DNA of 64,000 nucleotides from a virus (Duplodnaviria; Caudoviricetes): IMG/VR virus record IMGVR_UViG_3300042288_001626; one strand, 5' to 3'. Shown piece by piece: positions 57,172 to 64,000 of this stretch (position 1 is its first letter; each line of letters starts with the position of its first letter). The notes under the pieces were generated by a model. It saw only the letters and a program-made list of their open reading frames with translations, ran no database searches and was not told where the DNA came from. The position numbers and the translations under genes were made by a program.

Positions 57172-57408
57172 TTAAATCAGCCCTTGCTTTTTGAGCGCTT
57201 CGTATTGTTGTTGCGCTAGTACGTATCCTTCTGGCGTATACTTAAACACACCAGGAGTATCCGAAGCTTCTACGAAGCCTTCCGCTAGCAAATACTTCAT
57301 AGCAGTATCGGTTCTTTTTTGCAGCTCGTTCAACATCTTTTGCATGTTGAGCTTTGCTTCGTCATCAGGCTGTTCGTCACTCCAAGAATTTTCGTTTTCT
57401 TCGTGCAT
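57172..57408 (-). CDS. Hypothetical protein
   Basis: Starts MHEENENSW; start trimmed. Confidence 0.5.
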   Translation of the reverse strand: MHEENENSWSDEQPDDEAKLNMQKMLNELQKRTDTAMKYLLAEGFVEASDTPGVFKYTPEGYVLAQQQYEALKKQGLI

Positions 57409-57445
57409 CAAAACATGATTGCGTGTTTGCCTTAGAAAGTAAAGT

Positions 57446-57799
57446 CTAATAACCACGCATAGTTTCCCAAGCCTTCTTGGCTGCTTTGCTTTGAATATTA
57501 AACAGTTCTTCTTCAGAATAGATCGCCCTGCGTGTCTTCCAAGCTTTTACCGCTGCTTGGCTTCGCGTAAAAGCAAGGCTTTCTAGGTTTGCCTTATTCT
57601 TTTTCTTAGCTTTGGTTTTGACTTTGGTTACCTTTGCTTTGGTTGAGAAAGTCTTTGCTGTTCTTGTTTTAGGTGCGAGACTATACTTGAATTCTCCGTC
57701 AACGTATTGCTTGATTACCTCACCAGAAGCTACCATAGCTTCAAGGACGCGGAGGACTTGTTCTTCGTTAGTTTCGCTGAGTTTTGCTTTGTTTGACAT
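57446..57799 (-). CDS. Basic hypothetical protein with repeated AxKAWxT motif
   Basis: AAVKAWKTRR and AAKKAWETMR. Confidence 0.55.
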   Translation of the reverse strand: MSNKAKLSETNEEQVLRVLEAMVASGEVIKQYVDGEFKYSLAPKTRTAKTFSTKAKVTKVKTKAKKKNKANLESLAFTRSQAAVKAWKTRRAIYSEEELFNIQSKAAKKAWETMRGY

Positions 57800-57806
57800 G
57801 ATGTTA

Positions 57807-58568
57807 TTATGTTTCTAATACTTTACTCCAATAACGACTATCAGAGTATCCTTGTTTGATGTCCCAATATAAACAACGAGCTATGTATGGCGGGACGCGC
57901 CACATAGAGCACATATCTATCCAGTGCTGCTCTATCGAAGAGTACATACGAGCATCTTTTGTTTGGTCTAGCTTGTAGGCTTGAAACATATGAGTGTCAA
58001 GGCATACCACCTTAGCTTCTATAGGATAGCACATCTCGAGAGCAAAGCTTGTCTTTGCTGCTCCTAATCCCAGTATCTTATCTTTTAGTCTGTCGCGCAG
58101 AGTATGCCAAGATTCACCGTCTTTCTTTTTATACTCTTCAGGGTTACTCCAAAACTTATGTGCAAACGTAGAGAGATACTTTACTCTGTTATTTTGCATA
58201 CCTACCCTGCTATTTTCTATCCTATCTTTTAAATTGGTCCAGTCGTTTAACCAGAGCCACCAGTCTTTTACTGCGTTGTACCCTACGATGTTGGCTTTCC
58301 AACTGGTGTGTACACTCATAAAAGCAAACAGCCAGCGTTGAAATAGCTGGCTGTCATTTTTAGGCTTTATACTTGCCCAATAATCTATGTAGCTAGGAGC
58401 TAGCGAATAGTCTAGCTCTGTGAAAAATTCTTCTACATTTCTGTAATAAGGTTTTTTCTTGAGTTTTTCTAATTTAAATTCACCGTCCCAGAACTGGGAT
58501 TGAATTTCGGTACGATCAATTAAGGCTGATTCGTTATCATATCCTGTTAGGAAATTTAACTGCATCAA
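57807..58568 (-). CDS. HhH-GPD-like DNA glycosylase homolog
   Basis: LGLGAAKTSFAL (HhH lysine) and VVCLDTHM. Confidence 0.55.
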   Translation of the reverse strand: MMQLNFLTGYDNESALIDRTEIQSQFWDGEFKLEKLKKKPYYRNVEEFFTELDYSLAPSYIDYWASIKPKNDSQLFQRWLFAFMSVHTSWKANIVGYNAVKDWWLWLNDWTNLKDRIENSRVGMQNNRVKYLSTFAHKFWSNPEEYKKKDGESWHTLRDRLKDKILGLGAAKTSFALEMCYPIEAKVVCLDTHMFQAYKLDQTKDARMYSSIEQHWIDMCSMWRVPPYIARCLYWDIKQGYSDSRYWSKVLET

Positions 58569-59068
58569 GCTCTAACATTTTTCCTTCTAAGATATTCTGC
58601 AATAAGCAGCCCGTCTGCGTCTTTCTTGATATCTAGAGACGGGAACAATCTTTTGCCTACGTCGAGACTGGCTTTCTTTAGTTCCTCACTGCCTTTTAAT
58701 CCTTTAGGCAGTAGCGATTTTTGCCACTCTTTACTGTCAATGTACTCGTAAGCCCATTGAGACTCTTCTAGCGCAATCAAGGTAGCCTCTAGAGCTCGAA
58801 TAGCACTCAGGGTAGCGTTAAACCTGGTACTGTTCACCATAGGGCGCTCAAGACCTACCTTTACCTCAATAGCGTCAAAGTCGCCCACGATCTCTCCAAA
58901 CAACAGAAGCAATTCAGGGTAATCTATCCTGGATATATTTTTTGCTTCTTTTGTATAGCTGAGTTCTTTTTTGATCGGGAGCTTATAGAGTTCAGCTCGT
59001 CCTGCCGTGTTTACAACACCTATACCGTTGTTGGTAACACCATTATCAATTCCTACATATATAGTCAT
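58565..59068 (-). CDS. RuvC-like Holliday junction resolvase
   Basis: YVGIDNG, GLERP, EWQKSL and DADGLLIAEY. Confidence 0.8.
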   Translation of the reverse strand: MTIYVGIDNGVTNNGIGVVNTAGRAELYKLPIKKELSYTKEAKNISRIDYPELLLLFGEIVGDFDAIEVKVGLERPMVNSTRFNATLSAIRALEATLIALEESQWAYEYIDSKEWQKSLLPKGLKGSEELKKASLDVGKRLFPSLDIKKDADGLLIAEYLRRKNVRA

Positions 59069-59105
59069 AAAAAAGGTGCGGCCGTATTGTTGTATACAGC
59101 CGCAC
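59069..59105 (-). terminator. Terminator-like hairpin abutting the resolvase start codon
   Basis: 12-bp stem GTGCGGCTGTAT/ATACGGCCGCAC, then CTTTTTT and ATG. Confidence 0.65.
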
Positions 59106-59112
59106 TATAAGT

Positions 59113-59301
59113 TCAAATAAGTTTGCGCAGCAGGCTCATAACTTGTTCGAAGTTTTTATTCTTCGAATTTCTTGCCTCTAGATTGTTTTTCAACCAACGA
59201 AGATCGTCATTATGTTTGACGCTCTTACGGTGAAGAGGCAGGTCCATCTTAGCTATAAGCTTTTCTACTTCAATCAAACTTTGTTGATATTCAGAGCTCA
59301 T
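59113..59301 (-). CDS. Small hypothetical protein
   Basis: 62-aa ORF. Confidence 0.55.
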   Translation of the reverse strand: MSSEYQQSLIEVEKLIAKMDLPLHRKSVKHNDDLRWLKNNLEARNSKNKNFEQVMSLLRKLI

Positions 59302-59317
59302 TTAACTGACTAGTTAT

Positions 59318-59803
59318 TTAGCGCATGATTCCCAAGATTGCCAAATCATAGCTGCTTAGGCGTTCAAGAGCTTTTTCTACACCCTTACGGTAGCAGAAAG
59401 CGTCTTCGATCGAGCAATCACTGCTTGCACACACATAGTCTCCAGTCTTTGTTTTAGCTGTGATGTGTGTATATCCTCCCTTAGGATACAGAGCATAGGC
59501 TGGGTCTCTTCGATAAGAGGAGGGAACAACAATAAGCCTGTGGTACGTTTCTCCATCTTTTTTAATCATGTACTCTCCGTGAGGCAGATAATAGGCCCAC
59601 CGGAAATGCCTCACACGTACCTTGTTTCCTGCTTCCGCCAGCTGCGCAACAGAAATATGATTATTTGGAGCACAGACAGCTTTTGACGGCCTAGGCTTTG
59701 GTACCCAAACCCAATTGTTGCCTGTAGCAATTTCTGTTTTTGTTACTGTCCCGAGAACTTCGTTATATTCCCAGGTGTACAACTCACAATTTTTTTTACT
59801 CAT
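59318..59803 (-). CDS. Hypothetical protein
   Basis: Starts MSKKNCE; ends CSIEDAFCYRKGVEKALER; start trimmed. Confidence 0.55.
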   Translation of the reverse strand: MSKKNCELYTWEYNEVLGTVTKTEIATGNNWVWVPKPRPSKAVCAPNNHISVAQLAEAGNKVRVRHFRWAYYLPHGEYMIKKDGETYHRLIVVPSSYRRDPAYALYPKGGYTHITAKTKTGDYVCASSDCSIEDAFCYRKGVEKALERLSSYDLAILGIMR

Positions 59804-60998
59804 CGTTGTCTTTTGTTTGAGGATAATCGCTGAGGTCCAGCTCACTTCTCTTTTTACGTTTTGTTTTATTTACTTCTGCTATCTCTTCTTCCACCTCAGG
59901 AGGAGGCATGTCAGGAATACCGAAGGCTGTCCTGATTATTTCTTTTGCATGAGGACTGCTGTTGATGACTCTGCCGAGTTCATCCTCACGGTATTTCTTT
60001 CCTGTATCAATATGTCCTGTGGTTCCGTCAGAGTAGATCATTTCCACTCCTTCAGTACCCCAGTTGTACCAGCCGCCTGTTTTCTTCACAAGACCAGGAT
60101 AGTCTTTACCGAGCAAGCGAACAAGAGGACTGTACCAGTCAATACCTCCATTGATATAGATATCAAACTCAATCTTTTGACTGTTGCCCTCACGACCAAG
60201 CTTGTTGCGTTTTACGGTAAGGCTGTGTGTTGATCCAGCTTTCCTCTTAACTCCGTAGGCGTCTTCCTGCAGAATATCTGCTGTACGCGCAACCTTAAAC
60301 TGATATGTGCTGTTAAACCTCTGAGCTTCGCCGCCAATCAAGGCTTCAGGCTTCTCCTGCCCAAACCCTGTCATGCCTCCGATCTGCTCTTTTAACTGGT
60401 TTGTCGCTACAAAAACCATATTCTCACACTCTAGGTGCGGAATAATATTTCTGTAGAAAGCACTCATCAACTTAGCATGCTCGCCTACTTTTGTTTGACC
60501 GATGACTTCCTGATCCTGCTCATACTCTGTGCTGCCGCCAGCTATACTATCCAGAGCAACAAGAATCGGCGTTTTGCCGTCACTGAACTTGGCATAGTTT
60601 TCAATTGTGATTTTACACAAAGTAAGAGCTTCTTCAAGACTCTTGGGATTGTGATATATCACTCCTGTAGGATCGACTCCTTGAAGCTCCATATAGCGGA
60701 AGTCTGGAGCGTTCTCGGTCTCGATCCAAAACATCTTGCCTCCAGCCTTCTGAAAAACCTTGGCCAGATCGAACAGCAATGTTGTTTTAGAGCAACCTTT
60801 CTTACCGTATAGAAGGTAGCACCGACCGTACGCCATGAAGCGCCGGTCGAGTGCATATTCCATCAGAGGGTTATCTACGACAATACCAGTAGGAGGAAGC
60901 TCCTTGTCTACTGTATTCAACTCGAGGTTAACCGCCTCAGATTTGAATGTCTTGCCGAAGTTTTTTTTGATGCTACCTATATATGATTCGAAGTCCAT
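59796..60998 (-). CDS. recA: RecA/UvsX-family recombinase
   Basis: LLYGKKGCSKTT, WIETE, VALDSIAG, VATNQLKEQIG, GGEAQRF and EFDIY. Confidence 0.85.
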   Translation of the reverse strand: MDFESYIGSIKKNFGKTFKSEAVNLELNTVDKELPPTGIVVDNPLMEYALDRRFMAYGRCYLLYGKKGCSKTTLLFDLAKVFQKAGGKMFWIETENAPDFRYMELQGVDPTGVIYHNPKSLEEALTLCKITIENYAKFSDGKTPILVALDSIAGGSTEYEQDQEVIGQTKVGEHAKLMSAFYRNIIPHLECENMVFVATNQLKEQIGGMTGFGQEKPEALIGGEAQRFNSTYQFKVARTADILQEDAYGVKRKAGSTHSLTVKRNKLGREGNSQKIEFDIYINGGIDWYSPLVRLLGKDYPGLVKKTGGWYNWGTEGVEMIYSDGTTGHIDTGKKYREDELGRVINSSPHAKEIIRTAFGIPDMPPPEVEEEIAEVNKTKRKKRSELDLSDYPQTKDNDE

Positions 60999-61003
60999 TT
61001 ATT

Positions 61004-62068
61004 TTAGTTTTCGTTAATGAAGCGTAGTGCTTCTTCCCTAGACATACGCCCAGCCGCCATAGGGTTTGGAGGGAGCGCAGCCAGGTTTACTGCAGGAGCT
61101 GCAACAGGAACATTAACTGCTGCTACAGGAGCAGCCACAGGCACAGTTGAGCTAGTTGGTGTTTGAGCTATGACAGCCCTAGGAATATTCATAACTTTAG
61201 GAATCTGTGGTTTGGCTACAGGCTCATCATGCATGGGGATATCATCATCGTCATGCTCATCATAGTTTGCAGGTTTCCTGGGAGCTGAAACATTCGATTT
61301 CGTAAGACCGGGATAACCGTTCATACAATTATCAAAAACTTCAGTGCTGAACATTTCGCGAAGCTTCGCAATAATCTCATCCTTAGTTTTGATGGTGAAG
61401 ATATCATCCAGGTTATAGAGATAGTCACTGTCAGCGAGTTCTCTAGGTAGTTGTGAAGGTTCATCATTTTCTACCTGAATCATCCACGGATTTGCGCTGT
61501 TTTCTTTGAGCTTAACGAAAACAGGCAAGCAACGGTCTGGATCATTGATCGGAAGCCTTGCCCGTCCGGAGCGGTCTTTGCTATCAAGCCAGTTCATGAG
61601 AATGTCTGCACCGTTCCGCAATGGAAGGTCCAATACATGGGCTCCTGTGGCGAGATTTTCTGAGAACGCTACGTTGTATACGACACGGTCAGTCACACGC
61701 CCATAGCTTGGATACTTTTTAAACTTCTTCCCATTGACTTCCTGGTCGGTAACCTTGGACTCTTCATTGTACAGCACGCGGAAGTTGTTCGCGAAGTACT
61801 CGGCAGGGTCTGCTGCCCTGTTAGGTACATAATACTTTTCCTTGAAGTTGGTACCAAAATTATCGCGAACAGAGATTTTTTTGAACCAGACACCATTACC
61901 TGCAGAGTCAGCCCTGTAAGCAGGCAAGAAGAACAGATACGCGCCCTCAGGATTTGTGGTTTTGTTGAATACAGCTTTGCGTACACCTTCCTTGATGTAT
62001 GGGGTGCTGGAGAACGTGAGGTTGAGCTCACTGCCTTCGAACTTAAGAGACGGTTTGATAATTGCCAT
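61004..62068 (-). CDS. Putative single-stranded DNA-binding protein (gp32-like)
   Basis: Position next to the recombinase, FFLPAY segment, low-complexity tail; no acidic C-terminal tip. Confidence 0.4.
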   Translation of the reverse strand: MAIIKPSLKFEGSELNLTFSSTPYIKEGVRKAVFNKTTNPEGAYLFFLPAYRADSAGNGVWFKKISVRDNFGTNFKEKYYVPNRAADPAEYFANNFRVLYNEESKVTDQEVNGKKFKKYPSYGRVTDRVVYNVAFSENLATGAHVLDLPLRNGADILMNWLDSKDRSGRARLPINDPDRCLPVFVKLKENSANPWMIQVENDEPSQLPRELADSDYLYNLDDIFTIKTKDEIIAKLREMFSTEVFDNCMNGYPGLTKSNVSAPRKPANYDEHDDDDIPMHDEPVAKPQIPKVMNIPRAVIAQTPTSSTVPVAAPVAAVNVPVAAPAVNLAALPPNPMAAGRMSREEALRFINEN

Positions 62069-62117
62069 AATAGTTTAATTAGTGTGTTAGTGTATTTTGT
62101 TTTTTTTGATTTCTTGT

Positions 62118-62714
62118 CTAGATCATGAACAAATTTTTAAACGTGGTATGCCCACGAAGCTTGTTCAAAAATGTCTGTACCATCATACCTGCCACAATAG
62201 TAGGTAGTGTGTGGCTGATATTTTCTGTCTTCTCATAAGCTAAGAGACACCCAGCTTCCTCTTTACTGTCGTTAATATATGGAAGCAGCTGTTCTTTTGG
62301 AATGTCGCTGTTGAACAAACAACCTTGCCTACTTGTACACCTTCCGTCAATCCAGAACAACCCGCTGTCTTTTTTATTCCAGCCATACTCATACAGTGCC
62401 TTACGAAAGGTCATGCTGTCAACACAGCAAAAGATCAAATCGTAGTTTTTAAAGTCACTCTCGGTCATTCTTCTTTTGTGTCCGTTGACAACGTACTTAT
62501 CTTCAAGAACTTCTACTTTGTACTTACCGATATCATCGAGCTTAAAATTTTGATGAAGTAGGTTCTTTACATCTACCGTGTCGTCGTCAAATAGGTCAAC
62601 AACAATATCCGCATAATTGAACTGCTTGCGATTAAAGCCATAGTCGAAAAAGATGGCTAGAAGGTTGCTACCGATGCCTCCTGCCCCAGCGATTGCTACT
62701 TTTTTCACGTTCAT
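62118..62714 (-). CDS. ThiF/MoeB/E1-like adenylating enzyme
   Basis: AGAGGIGS, DDDTVDVKNLLHQ, GKYKV, CVDS, WIDGR; candidate catalytic Cys in EAGCL. Confidence 0.88.
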   Translation of the reverse strand: MNVKKVAIAGAGGIGSNLLAIFFDYGFNRKQFNYADIVVDLFDDDTVDVKNLLHQNFKLDDIGKYKVEVLEDKYVVNGHKRRMTESDFKNYDLIFCCVDSMTFRKALYEYGWNKKDSGLFWIDGRCTSRQGCLFNSDIPKEQLLPYINDSKEEAGCLLAYEKTENISHTLPTIVAGMMVQTFLNKLRGHTTFKNLFMI

Positions 62715-62721
62715 GTTGATA

Positions 62722-63150
62722 TTACTTTGACTGACTTGTGCTCAGAACCGTATCGAGACTGGTATATGTGGCTACAGATTGCTCATTTCTCCAGGTAGAA
62801 TATGAGAACGTTTTGGTTGCTGCCGAATAAATAACGTTGTGTTTGAATCCTCTAAACAACACAGTAAGGTCTAGCTGGCTGGGGGTGGCAGAGAAGGATG
62901 GATGCGTATGGAAACTAGCAAACAGTCTCCATCCTTCTCTGATGCGTTCAATTATCTTTTCTCCCAACTCTGCTCGATTAGCAACATACAGCCCGATTGC
63001 TGTATGTGTTCCTGCGTGGTCGTTTCTTAGAGGCACAAAAAGGAAGCTGTCGTCCTTCTCTAAAATCACGCCTCCTTTCTCCTCATCAGAACCTCCGCAA
63101 ATCTCCGCAGCCTCTAGTATAACTCTAGAGAAGTTGATTGAAGACATCAT
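62722..63150 (-). CDS. JAB/MPN+ (JAMM) metalloprotease
   Basis: EEKGGVIL plus complete H-x-H-x7-S-x2-D motif (HTHPSFSATPSQLD). Confidence 0.85.
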   Translation of the reverse strand: MMSSINFSRVILEAAEICGGSDEEKGGVILEKDDSFLFVPLRNDHAGTHTAIGLYVANRAELGEKIIERIREGWRLFASFHTHPSFSATPSQLDLTVLFRGFKHNVIYSAATKTFSYSTWRNEQSVATYTSLDTVLSTSQSK

Positions 63151-63821
63151 ACCGATTTGATGGTGTTGTATATCTCTTCAAGCGCGTCAAGCGTATTCAG
63201 AAAATAAGCTTCGGCCTCGTCAGAATTCTCTTGAGCTAGCTTGTAGTAAGGCACGTTCGAAATCACATGGTGAATGCTTAGCATGCGGGCAACTTCCTGC
63301 AGATTTTCGGGGTGACTCAGGCTTCCACAAGCCCACCTTTTCGCTATATCGAAGTGATTAGAGTCCTTCAACCTGCCTGTGGCTGCTGGTGAGTAAAAGG
63401 CAGAAAAGAAAGGGAACCCGTACCTGGCTCCTTTACGTGCAAGCAAAGGATATATAAATTTTTCTCCTCTGAATGTGATCGTGTCTGTCCAGGGGTCGTT
63501 TGGATCCTCGTTACTCTTGAGGTTGTCATGCAACCACTCAAAAATATCGTGTTCGTCTTCCACAAGGGCATCACCCCCATACAAACCCACTATCCGCTGC
63601 GTGCCTGTCTCTAGATTTGTGAGACCTACAGCGCAGACTTCACAGGTATTGTCGTTAAACTGTGCCTCAGAAATATATTTATTTTTTTTCTTTTCAATAT
63701 CTTCAGCGATCTTAGCAGGATCTTTTAAATTTGATGCAGCTTTAAAATCAGGAGCTTTCGCAAGCAACTCAGTAAGAGTGAGTGGCTGAGTTTCGATATG
63801 GATAATGTATGTCTTTTTCAT
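63147..63821 (-). CDS. PolB-type 3'-5' exonuclease-fold protein, probably catalytically inactive
   Basis: IHIETQP, APDFKAASNLKDPAKIAE, VCAVG and HFDIAKRW; the Exo I/II/III Asp positions read H, I and T. Confidence 0.65.
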   Translation of the reverse strand: MKKTYIIHIETQPLTLTELLAKAPDFKAASNLKDPAKIAEDIEKKKNKYISEAQFNDNTCEVCAVGLTNLETGTQRIVGLYGGDALVEDEHDIFEWLHDNLKSNEDPNDPWTDTITFRGEKFIYPLLARKGARYGFPFFSAFYSPAATGRLKDSNHFDIAKRWACGSLSHPENLQEVARMLSIHHVISNVPYYKLAQENSDEAEAYFLNTLDALEEIYNTIKSV

Positions 63822-63824
63822 GTG

Positions 63825-64000
63825 TTATCGGGCTAGTACGTTGTCTACAATGTTTTCTAGGTTTACTGTGTTGTCTCTGTCAGGAGTATAGTTATGTGCG
63901 TTTTCGTATTGAGGTTGAGCCACACCTTTTAGTGTAGAGATAGATTCCTGCATCACGCTGTCATTCTTCAGTGCCAGTAGTCGAGTGGCTACATCGTCAT
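63825..64000 (-). CDS. Hypothetical protein, C-terminal part only
   Basis: Open frame ...DVATRLLALKNDS...NLENIVDNVLAR* ending 3 nt before the next start. Confidence 0.5.
   Translation of the reverse strand, partial: DDVATRLLALKNDSVMQESISTLKGVAQPQYENAHNYTPDRDNTVNLENIVDNVLAR

Noticed and set aside
44048-60998. Inteins or group I introns in the ligases, ThyX or RecA
   Set aside because: Protein lengths are typical; no C/S...HN intein termini or split ORFs were seen.

Overview
This is a 64-kb fragment of a large tailed-phage (jumbo-like) genome read in the standard bacterial code, and almost all genes are on the minus strand. Family calls come from motifs I recognised by eye; no database search was run. 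(1) 1-16.7 kb is a virion-surface module: several glycosyltransferases, a methyltransferase, a 1643-aa protein with 14 fibronectin-III-like repeats, and two Thr-rich collagen-like fibre proteins. (2) 16.7-28.8 kb holds low-complexity, Gly-zipper proteins punctuated by a recurring [LFIM]-x-K-x-A motif. One of them combines two P-loop kinase domains with an HExxH domain. Two Tat-signal DUF1501 genes and two small membrane proteins are interleaved here. (3) 28.9-35.8 kb has hypothetical genes, three tRNAs, a metallophosphoesterase and an FN3 protein. (4) 35.9-41.2 kb is a plus-strand block with a probable portal protein and a lysis cassette. (5) 41.2-64 kb carries early/middle genes: two RNA ligases, PNKP, DNA ligase and ThyX; a tRNA/ncRNA island with two structurally abnormal tRNAs; and a recombination operon (glycosylase-like, RuvC-like, RecA-like, SSB-like) that also encodes an adjacent E1-like ThiF enzyme and a JAB/JAMM protease. 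DUF1501 genes, sigma70-type extended -10 boxes and the near absence of Shine-Dalgarno sites suggest a Planctomycetes/Verrucomicrobia host (inference). The best candidates for new biology are the E1+JAB pair in the DNA-metabolism operon, the KxA-delimited modular cargo proteins, and the abnormal tRNAs carried alongside a full RNA-repair kit.
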